Assembly (NCBI GenBank): GCA_024275415.1
Contig: JAJRZD010000032.1
Location: 1 to 32,000 of the forward strand
Direction of reading: 5' to 3'
Length of the DNA stretch: 32,000 nt
DNA from: an archaeon
GTDB taxonomy: Archaea; Asgardarchaeota; Thorarchaeia; Thorarchaeales; Thorarchaeaceae
In this document: one piece after another, positions 18,401 to 25,080 of the stretch
How the letters are laid out: each line of letters starts with the position of its first letter
Position numbering within the stretch: position 1 is the first letter of the stretch
Translations under genes and position numbers: made by a program
The notes under the pieces: model-generated
Seen by the model: only the letters and a program-made list of their open reading frames with translations
Databases searched by the model: none
Told to the model about the DNA's origin: nothing

Positions 18401-18496
18401 ACCGAACACACCATAATGCTCTTGGGCAATTGTCCTTGCAAGAGCTACATCAACCACCGGGCGCCCTTTTGTCCTACTGGTCAATGGAAAAACCAC
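15422..18496 (-). CDS. Fusion: hydroxylysine-kinase-like phosphotransferase + M23 peptidase-like domain + class III aminotransferase/phospho-lyase
   Basis: Kinase: SERDQNF, VLKV, HNDANDYN, IIDFGD. M23: HLGMDLF, YAPVDG, LYAHL, PPHLHFQ. PLP domain: NSGSEAN, ADEVQIGFGRMG, TLGKP, GGNTVS. Confidence 0.9.
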   Translation of the reverse strand: MVFPLTSRTKGRPVVDVALARTIAQEHYGVFGEFSTLPSERDQNFLISVNDTPSYVLKVSSAHDTKNVLDLQNKAMEHIIKKSPLFSVPRVIPSRNGELIVRVSDRDGKQCLVRLLTYIHGTVLAKALPHSPCLLRDFGRFLGYISAALSDFEHDAAHRDFVWDLKNVPQIVERHLELISDSERREVIEHFYRLYECEFLPDAKNLRKSVAHNDANDYNVLIEKPWSDDRRTFGIIDFGDMVFTYTIADLAIGIAYAILDKPDPLMSAVSIVSGYHQVFPLSEDEIRLLFPLVCARLIQSVCMSAAQASYEPDNEYLRVSEDPAWRTLAKLRGIHPRLAWYAFRDACGFPAHPESIHIEEWLECNRGKFASVLDLEKPVVVDLSVGSRDYASPDELNDIKSFNRVIVTKIEASNASVGIGRYNEARLMYVGAQYKTSTFESRTIHLGMDLFSASGTPIYAPVDGKVHALKNNNRPYDNGPTIILKHQTDEGFSFFTLYAHLTEDSLDSLKEGDSVTTGQEIARIGEYPSNGGWPPHLHFQIILDMFDFEGDYYGVCAPNQRSLWTNLCPDPNLLLGVSHDIFSSAPLTAQAILDIRNQHLGRNLSVSYKSPLKIVRGWMQYLYDEDGRRYLDVVNNVPTVGHCHPMVVKAIQDQAKVLYTNTRYLHDNLARYIKRLCALFPEPLKVCFLVNSGSEANELAIRLAKAHTKRSGFIALEGGYHGNTDNLIGLSHYKHAGPGGHDPPPNVEIVPNADVYRSPYSSVDGMGKKHAEAVKTGILNLKSRGYNVAGFICEPVMSCAGQVVFPSEYLKHVYEHVRAAGGVCIADEVQIGFGRMGTHFWGFETQDVVPDIVTLGKPIGNGHPMGAVVTTPEIAASFDTGMEFFSTTGGNTVSCAVGLAVLDVIDNENLQENARIVGEYFKQELLRLKSKYPLIGDVRGIGLFLGVELIRAGGGRPPAVAEAHHIVKRMKELGVLLSVDGIMRNVLKIKPPLCFTKENVDEVVSKLGTILQECLPKAIKVGSS

Positions 18497-18522
18497 CTTG
18501 GAGAGGGGAGTCTACTGGGGAG

Positions 18523-18530
18523 TATATAAG
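18523..18530 (-). promoter_or_regulatory. Candidate TATA box (CTTATATA)
   Basis: 27-34 bp upstream of GTG 18496, consistent with a leaderless transcript. Confidence 0.5.
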
Positions 18531-18780
18531 ACATGCCTTCGTTTTTCTATTTTGAGTGTCCTGTGTTCCGCACCTTGATCTTTGCGGTAGTAAAGATGTA
18601 AACACACCTGTGAAGTCATTAATAGTCCCACATCAATAAGAAAAGACCCTTCCTGACTGGACTTTGGTGTCCTAGTGTCTGCAACAGTTATAGCTCGCCA
18701 TCACCTTGACAGTAAGGAAATCTAGGAGCATCAAATCATGATGTGAACAGAATCAAGGTAATCCGAATATGTCGTCAATC

Positions 18781-19332
18781 TTAGATGTCGGGGTCATAGT
18801 TCAATGAGAAGGTTTTCTCGATCCACCCACTCGGATTGGCCGGGTCGTCTGGGTACGCCCCCTTTGAAGGGTTTTCGATCCGTCGCCGTTCCATCGTTGA
18901 TGAAAGGTTTCGTACTTCTAAGATATTGCCCTTTTCAACCACAATCTCCAATACAGTGCGGTAAGCGATAGGACGCTGGAATCCCATATGCACATACATA
19001 GCATCGATGAAATCCTTGGCAATAAGAATCGCTCCTGTGAACGGCACCTTCATGTGGAGGCTGTCATAGGTGTACTTGAAGAAATCCCCGTCTTTCTTGG
19101 GACGAATCCCATTAATGGAAATAGGTTCTCGGATATTCACTTGCATTGATTCAAGAACTAGTTCATGGTCGTTACAGACAAACGTCAACAGATAGCCTCT
19201 CCAACATGCTGTAGTGGTGAAAAAGGGTTCTAAACCAACGTCTTGAGGCGTGAATAGATCAGAGCCTCGTACGCCCACTAAGTCATAGGTTTCGCCTTCA
19301 TATTTGACCATATCTGGGAACTGTCCGGTCAT
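18781..19332 (-). CDS. Conserved-looking hypothetical protein
   Basis: 183 aa, MTGQFPD...TTACWRGY...HMGF pattern; own TATA box 30 bp upstream. No function assignable. Confidence 0.75.
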   Translation of the reverse strand: MTGQFPDMVKYEGETYDLVGVRGSDLFTPQDVGLEPFFTTTACWRGYLLTFVCNDHELVLESMQVNIREPISINGIRPKKDGDFFKYTYDSLHMKVPFTGAILIAKDFIDAMYVHMGFQRPIAYRTVLEIVVEKGNILEVRNLSSTMERRRIENPSKGAYPDDPANPSGWIEKTFSLNYDPDI

Positions 19333-19361
19333 CGGGTATCAGAGGGGATTATACTTGAGAG

Positions 19362-19369
19362 CATATAAG
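19362..19369 (-). promoter_or_regulatory. Candidate TATA box (CTTATATG)
   Basis: 30 bp upstream of ATG 19332. Confidence 0.5.
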
Positions 19370-19385
19370 GGAAACCTGCATTTTC

Positions 19386-19919
19386 CTATCTTCTACTCCC
19401 TGTACCACGTACCTTTGGAACCTTTGGTGTAAGAAGGATACGGCTTGAATCAAGGTAAGTGTCCATGACGAACATGGTGAGCGTACGGTCAACCTCGGGC
19501 ATCTGGCGAAGGAAGTCCACAATGAAACTGTTCATCTCTTCCACATCGCGAGTCCTGACCTTGAGGAGCACATCGAACTCTCCGCTAAGGACATGGACAG
19601 ATTGAACGAAAGGGTGCTCAGCGATATCCTTACAGAATTGGCGTTGTGACAGGATCTCTTTTCTTCCAGGCACCCGGTATCGCACCGTGATGAGAATCAT
19701 TGCCACTGTGGGACGACCTACTTTCGCTCCGTTAATCAAGGCGGTGTACCCTTCGATGACCTCCGACTCTTCCAATGCCTTGATACGGTTATGTACAGTC
19801 GAGATGCCTTTGCCGACCTTCTCGGCTATATCGCCAATCTTCATCCTCGCGTTCTGCTGGAGAAGCTCGATGATCTGGACATCGGTATGATCGATTTTTC
19901 CCGAAAAAATTTCAGTCAT
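19386..19919 (-). CDS. Lrp/AsnC family transcriptional regulator
   Basis: IDHTDVQIIELLQQNARMKIGDIAEKVGKGISTVHNRIKALEESEVIEGY HTH; C-terminal VHVLSGEFDVLLKV...V.RTLT ligand-binding domain. Confidence 0.93.
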   Translation of the reverse strand: MTEIFSGKIDHTDVQIIELLQQNARMKIGDIAEKVGKGISTVHNRIKALEESEVIEGYTALINGAKVGRPTVAMILITVRYRVPGRKEILSQRQFCKDIAEHPFVQSVHVLSGEFDVLLKVRTRDVEEMNSFIVDFLRQMPEVDRTLTMFVMDTYLDSSRILLTPKVPKVRGTGSRR

Positions 19920-19971
19920 ACTAGAAATATGTTGAAAAAACTGAAATATTTTCTGTTTTCTGCCGATAAAT

Positions 19972-19978
19972 CTTATAC
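19972..19978 (+). promoter_or_regulatory. Candidate TATA box (CTTATAC) for glnA
   Basis: 35 bp upstream of GTG 20013; preceded by AT-rich near-palindromes. Confidence 0.4.
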
Positions 19979-20012
19979 TTACATTCTGAGTGATGACACA
20001 AAACCCTTACTG

Positions 20013-21317
20013 GTGAACATATTGGAACAAGTTGAGGATATGGAATTCATTCGTGTGCTTTTCACATCGATTCTTGGAAAGACGTACAGCATCGAACTCG
20101 CATCAGAGAGAGCAGATGAGATATTTGGACCTGGTATATGCTTTGACGGGTCGTCAGTGCCCGGATATGCCGAAGTGAATTCCAGTGACCTCCTTCTCCG
20201 CCCACTGGTAGCCGCGCCACTGCCAGCCCTATGGGATAAATCCACAGGAATAGTGCCCTGTGCGGTCTATGAAACATCAGGAGAACCGCACGAATGCGAC
20301 CCGATTAACATCCTCCAGAAAGTGGCGAGGGCCTGCCGAGAGAAGGGATTCGAATTGGTCGCTGGATTCGAGCTTGAATTCTTTCTTGTGAGATCGGACG
20401 ATGGTGGTATCGCCCCAGCAGATGTAGGAAACTACTTTTCAACACCGCCACATGATAGGGGATTCGAGATTCGAAGGGATGTCATGAGGTCGCTTGAGCA
20501 CATGGGTATCGCGACAACAGCTCATCATCATGAGGTTGCAAGTGGTCAGCACGAGATAGGGTTGAAGCACGAGAAGGCTGAGAAGGCTGCCCTTTCCTTG
20601 ATGCTTGCGAAACATGTCATAAACCAGATAGCATGGCAAAAAGGATACGTTGCCACCTTCATGCCAAAACCGTTCATGGGAATCAACGGGAGCGGGATGC
20701 ATATTCATCAGAGTATCTGGTCCAGCGATATGGAACGCAATCTCTTCACTTCGGATGAGCCATCTGACATATCACCCATTGGGAAACGATACATTGCGGG
20801 TATCTTGGAATACGCCAGAGCGCTCTCAGCCATCGTTGCGCCAACGGTCAACTCCTTCAAACGATTGGTTCCCGGATACGAGGCCCCAACAAGAGTCGCT
20901 TGGGGACCAAAGAACCGGACAACAATGGTCAGGGTGCCACATTTCAATGGATCAGGTTCTTCTGCACGAATTGAGTTCAGATGTCCTGACCCTTCGTGCA
21001 GTCCACACCTTGCTCTTGCCGCAATACTTTCAGCAGGAATGCATGGGATAGAGAAAAACATGACTCCACCTGAACCTGTAACAAGTGACCTCTTCCATGG
21101 TGAGGCAGATGTGCAATCATTGCCAGGGTCGCTCGCGGAAGCCCTCGATATGCTTGAGAACGCACACCAGTTAGGTCTGAGGTTGGGTAGTAAGCCAGTC
21201 AGGCGGTTCTTGGAACTCAAGAGAAAGGAGTGGGAACGATATCACTCACAAGAAAACCATGTTGACATATCAGGAGTGACAGACTGGGAGATTAAAGAGT
21301 ATCTCTACAGTTCGTGA
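20013..21317 (+). CDS. glnA: Type I glutamine synthetase (or GS-like gamma-glutamyl ligase)
   Basis: FDGSS, FELEFF, HHEVASGQHEI, PKPFMGINGSGMHIHQS, NSFKRLVPGYEAP, RIEFRCPDP. Start moved from 19791 to GTG 20013 to remove the overlap with the Lrp gene and match the TATA spacing. Confidence 0.9.
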   Translation: MNILEQVEDMEFIRVLFTSILGKTYSIELASERADEIFGPGICFDGSSVPGYAEVNSSDLLLRPLVAAPLPALWDKSTGIVPCAVYETSGEPHECDPINILQKVARACREKGFELVAGFELEFFLVRSDDGGIAPADVGNYFSTPPHDRGFEIRRDVMRSLEHMGIATTAHHHEVASGQHEIGLKHEKAEKAALSLMLAKHVINQIAWQKGYVATFMPKPFMGINGSGMHIHQSIWSSDMERNLFTSDEPSDISPIGKRYIAGILEYARALSAIVAPTVNSFKRLVPGYEAPTRVAWGPKNRTTMVRVPHFNGSGSSARIEFRCPDPSCSPHLALAAILSAGMHGIEKNMTPPEPVTSDLFHGEADVQSLPGSLAEALDMLENAHQLGLRLGSKPVRRFLELKRKEWERYHSQENHVDISGVTDWEIKEYLYSS

Positions 21318-21377
21318 ACGGCATCCAAAAGACTTCTAACTCTCAATGTAGCATTAGCGTGCAGAGGTTTGTTTGGG

Positions 21378-21800
21378 ATGCCGTTCTATGAAAGTACAGA
21401 ACAACTTCAACAGGTGTTTGAAACATTCTGGCCACGGATATTGGAAATGGATGATGTATACCAGAAGCTTGTCAAATCGGGCATTATCGTGAGATTTGAC
21501 ATTGAACAACCCGAGCTCCATGTAACAATCGACTTCAAGAACCCGGGGCCTGACGGAAAGGTCGGAACCATCAGTTTCGACTCGGAAGTCGAACCGCAGA
21601 TTGTGGTGTGGAGTACCTCTGAAACTACCAACAAGTTCTGGCAGGGGAAACTCAATACCACCATCGCAATGGCAAAAGGACAGGTGAAGATGCAGGGTTC
21701 TATCGCCAAGGCACTCGGGCTTCTCACCAAGATAAAGCCGGTCTTCAAGGTCTTTCCTGACGTATTACGAGAACTAGGACTTGATCACATGATCCTCTAA
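21378..21800 (+). CDS. SCP2 sterol/lipid-binding domain protein
   Basis: VRFDI...VTIDF...KFWQGKLNTTIAMAKGQVKMQGSIAKALGL matches the SCP2 'G-x-L-x4-A-x3-G-x-vK-x2-G' signature. Confidence 0.85.
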   Translation: MPFYESTEQLQQVFETFWPRILEMDDVYQKLVKSGIIVRFDIEQPELHVTIDFKNPGPDGKVGTISFDSEVEPQIVVWSTSETTNKFWQGKLNTTIAMAKGQVKMQGSIAKALGLLTKIKPVFKVFPDVLRELGLDHMIL

Positions 21801-21931
21801 CACGAATAAAACAATCGAGCAACAGTGTGGACAATGGAAAAGTTCTTCTTGGCTGTCGGTTCGTAACTATCGCAATCTATATATTCACAGAGTTGTGGAT
21901 TAATAATAGTTAATAAAAAAGGTTGGCAACC

Positions 21932-22144
21932 ATGACTGAAGAGATAAAAAAGAGCATGACTATAGCAGAGGTCGTCACAAAGTGGCCGGAAACAGCAGGT
22001 ACATTCATGGAATGGGGCTTGCATTGTTTTGGATGCGCAGTAGCTAGGTATGAGAATATCGAGCAAGGCGCAGTAGCCCATGGTATCTCAGCGGACGACC
22101 TAGTGAAAGCACTGAACGAAACGATATCCAAAGAGAAGGAATAA
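21932..22144 (+). CDS. DUF1858 (hybrid-cluster-associated redox disulfide) domain protein
   Basis: IKKSMTIAEVVTKWPE...GLHCFGCAVARYENIEQGAVAHGI...LVKALN. Confidence 0.88.
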   Translation: MTEEIKKSMTIAEVVTKWPETAGTFMEWGLHCFGCAVARYENIEQGAVAHGISADDLVKALNETISKEKE

Positions 22145-22165
22145 ACAGGCCCCTCCACGGGCGCC

Positions 22166-23020
22166 TTACTTTTCTTTTGGGTTGACCCTACCATAGAGTC
22201 GACCAGATTCTTCTTCTAACATCTCAAAGCTGTGTTCTTCGTCAGGGAACACACCGTTTCGCACCTCATCCGAATACTCCTGCACAGCTTCTCTGATGAC
22301 AGAAGCAATGTCTGCATATTTTTTCAGGAACTTTGGCTTGAAATCCTCGAAGAGTCCCAGCATATCCCACAGCACGAGCACTTGACCGTCACAGTGAGAT
22401 CCAGCCCCGATGCCAATTGTCGGAATATCGATGGCCTCCGTGATGGCCTTGCCAGTTTCTGCTGGCACGAGTTCGACGACAATGGAAAAGGCTCCAGCTT
22501 CTTGTAGCGCCAGCGCATCGTCCACAAGCTTGTTCGTGGTTTCAGCAGTCCTACCCTGCACACGATAGCCACCAAGTTCGTAAATCGACTGTGGTGTAAG
22601 GCCGATATGTCCCATAACGGGAATACCTGAATCGACGACAGCGGAAACAATATCAACGACCCTTCCGGCGCCTTCGATCTTCACTGCTTCTGCCCCACCT
22701 TTCTGTAGCATCAATGCACAGTTCTCAAGGGCTTGCTCCACGCTGACCTTATAGCTCATGAAAGGCATGTCGCCGACAATGAGGCTTTTTGGCTTTGCTC
22801 GCGCCACTGCTGCGCAATGATGGACGATATCATCCAGTGTCACAGGGATAGTACTCTCATACCCCAGCAACGAGTTGCCCACGGAATCTCCAACAAGGAT
22901 GATGTCCACCCCGACCTCGCTCAATATCTTGGCTGTAGGAGCGTCGTACGCGGTGAGCATGACAATCTTCTTGCCCTTCTTTTTCATCTGTCGGATCCTG
23001 AATGTGGTCTTTCGAGCCAA
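22166..23020 (-). CDS. panB: 3-methyl-2-oxobutanoate hydroxymethyltransferase
   Basis: IVMLTAYD, ILVGDS, VGDMPFMSY, AVKIEG, VMGHIGLTPQS, TIGIGAG, DGQVLV, PKFLKKY, FPDEEH. TTG start at 23020 inferred from the upstream GGAG. Confidence 0.95.
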   Translation of the reverse strand: MARKTTFRIRQMKKKGKKIVMLTAYDAPTAKILSEVGVDIILVGDSVGNSLLGYESTIPVTLDDIVHHCAAVARAKPKSLIVGDMPFMSYKVSVEQALENCALMLQKGGAEAVKIEGAGRVVDIVSAVVDSGIPVMGHIGLTPQSIYELGGYRVQGRTAETTNKLVDDALALQEAGAFSIVVELVPAETGKAITEAIDIPTIGIGAGSHCDGQVLVLWDMLGLFEDFKPKFLKKYADIASVIREAVQEYSDEVRNGVFPDEEHSFEMLEEESGRLYGRVNPKEK

Positions 23021-23105
23021 TCGAGAACACTCCACGGAGAAACAGCGCACAGGGGAATATATAGGATTCCAATATCAATTTGAATCAATATATATTATAT
23101 AGTTA

Positions 23106-25070
23106 TTACGTCTTTGTGAAGAAAGAATCGGAGGACGGGAGGTAGATGCCTGTCAGCACCTTACGGAGCACGCAGAGAGCGGTCTTCTTTGAGATGGATC
23201 GGGACTTAGCAAACTCAGTCACGTTCAACGGTCCTGCTTCCGATATATGATCCTTAAGAAGTGCAAGCCATTGAGTGGAAATTACTACCCCACATTCCTC
23301 GAAAAAATTCTGATCATCTGTCAAGGTGTCCTCAACATCACTCTGAACTTCATCAAAGTCAAGCTCCAATTCCTCACAAAGAGAACTGATATCAACAATA
23401 CCATTACGATTCACGGATTCTGCAATCTTTCTGAGAAGCCAAGGTCTATTGACGTAGTTGTCATCCCATGTGCGATACGAATCAACCACAAGTGGCTGGA
23501 TTGTCTTCTCGATCTCGGCTGTGTCCAGACCTCTCTGGATTGCCAAATCGTAGGGACGAAGTACGCCCATGTCATGGAACTCCCTCTTCAGCTCGTTGAG
23601 AAGAGCATCCTTTGAAACCATCTTACCGTCTGCATCCAGCAGAGTATCGGACTCGATAGTAGCAACAATCGATTCGATGACACCGGGTTCGGTATCAAAC
23701 CTCTTTGCGATTTCCTCTGGATCCAAGAGCTCGCCCGTGCTAAGGGCTTCGGCCAGCCACCTGCGAACCCATGAGATGGAGAGATAATCACCAGAATGAG
23801 TCGAAACTGTCTTTAGACCGAATCTTTTCAGCAGTGCAGCGAGCTCGACCCTGCTCACCAACCAACGCTTCTCGAATTCGTCTGCATGAACAATCCCTGA
23901 ACTCTTTACCTCCTCTAAGATGTGATTGCGTAATGCACGGTAGGAAACAAACCTGCCATCTCGTACTTTGCGAACATCGGGGTGGTTGCTTAAGATCTTC
24001 TCAGCCAAGCGGGTGTCGATACCAATTCGCATGGCGGTTTCCTTGGGCTTGAGAATTCCTGCAAGCTCTATGTCGTCCAATATCTCTTGTTTCACTTGGT
24101 CAATAGTCATGACCGAGCCATCATTAGTGGTTATGAGTGTCAGTCCAAGTTTCTGAAGAACCTTCTTGAGTGTGTCTGTAGAGATTTTCAGCCGGTTTGC
24201 TTCGACATTGACATCGATATGACCCTGACTCTCAAGAAGAGCAGTCAAGTCCTCTTGAAGAAGATGCAGAGGGAGAAGCTTGTCGTCGAACCCCTCCACA
24301 AGATCCCACTTGTATAGTGTAACAACTTTCAAGATGTCATCAGGAGTCAGATCAAGTCGTGCTGCCTCATGCTCCAAGTCAAGAAACCCCATTTTTGAGA
24401 TACTTCTTTCGAGGGTTCCCAGTAGCCACTTCACTGAATATACTAGACCTGATGAGGACTGCCAGACATACCATCCCCATGACTTGATCAGGTGTACCAA
24501 CTCATCAACATCGACCCGCAACCGTTGTGCCTCGGCAACGACATCAGCCCGCCCTTGTAGTTCAAGAGATTCGCGGATGCGCTCTTTCAGTTCAGGCACT
24601 AGCAGGTAATCACCATCCTTAGTCCGTAAGATATCAAGTCCTTCCTGCTCACTTATGTCATGGACAATCTGCTCGATCTTGGCAGGGGCGACATCCCATC
24701 GGATAGCCTCCTTGTCGACGTGGACGATTGAATTATTGACCAGCGTGTCCTTTATCCTCTTGCGCAACCCGACTGAGGACACGACCGAGGTCTTGGAGTA
24801 ACTCAAGATTCCATTGCGAGTGCGCCCTACCAGCTCATAAAGGGTCTTCAAATCCATTCCCCTAGAATCTAGTAAATAAGATAGTTCCGAAAGGGCTATC
24901 GATGACCTTGAATTCAGGATATGGTCAATCTCTCCAATCAACTGATGCCTTCTACGGGCGATGAGCTTGAGATACCCCCAGAAGAACAAGACGGAAATCC
25001 CAATAGCAACGGCAAGTGGCCAGAGGGGATCCTCAAGTAAGACAAATTGTTCGAGTAGTATCTCTGCCAT
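23106..25070 (-). CDS. N-terminally membrane-anchored protein with about 11 tandem ~55-aa winged-helix-like repeats
   Basis: TM segment LWPLAVAIGISVLFFWGYL, then a repeated L-x3-G-x-[ILV]-x4-A-x-R-L-x-[LIV]...G-x-[YFV]-[LV]-S-x2-W-L pattern. Starts 10 bp after the ATPase stop. Confidence 0.85.
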   Translation of the reverse strand: MAEILLEQFVLLEDPLWPLAVAIGISVLFFWGYLKLIARRRHQLIGEIDHILNSRSSIALSELSYLLDSRGMDLKTLYELVGRTRNGILSYSKTSVVSSVGLRKRIKDTLVNNSIVHVDKEAIRWDVAPAKIEQIVHDISEQEGLDILRTKDGDYLLVPELKERIRESLELQGRADVVAEAQRLRVDVDELVHLIKSWGWYVWQSSSGLVYSVKWLLGTLERSISKMGFLDLEHEAARLDLTPDDILKVVTLYKWDLVEGFDDKLLPLHLLQEDLTALLESQGHIDVNVEANRLKISTDTLKKVLQKLGLTLITTNDGSVMTIDQVKQEILDDIELAGILKPKETAMRIGIDTRLAEKILSNHPDVRKVRDGRFVSYRALRNHILEEVKSSGIVHADEFEKRWLVSRVELAALLKRFGLKTVSTHSGDYLSISWVRRWLAEALSTGELLDPEEIAKRFDTEPGVIESIVATIESDTLLDADGKMVSKDALLNELKREFHDMGVLRPYDLAIQRGLDTAEIEKTIQPLVVDSYRTWDDNYVNRPWLLRKIAESVNRNGIVDISSLCEELELDFDEVQSDVEDTLTDDQNFFEECGVVISTQWLALLKDHISEAGPLNVTEFAKSRSISKKTALCVLRKVLTGIYLPSSDSFFTKT

Positions 25071-25080
25071 CGAACGTCGC

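Noticed and set aside
19791-20012. N-terminal extension of glnA from the ORF track
   Set aside because: Overlaps the Lrp gene head-to-head and the promoter region; homology begins near MEFIRVLFT.
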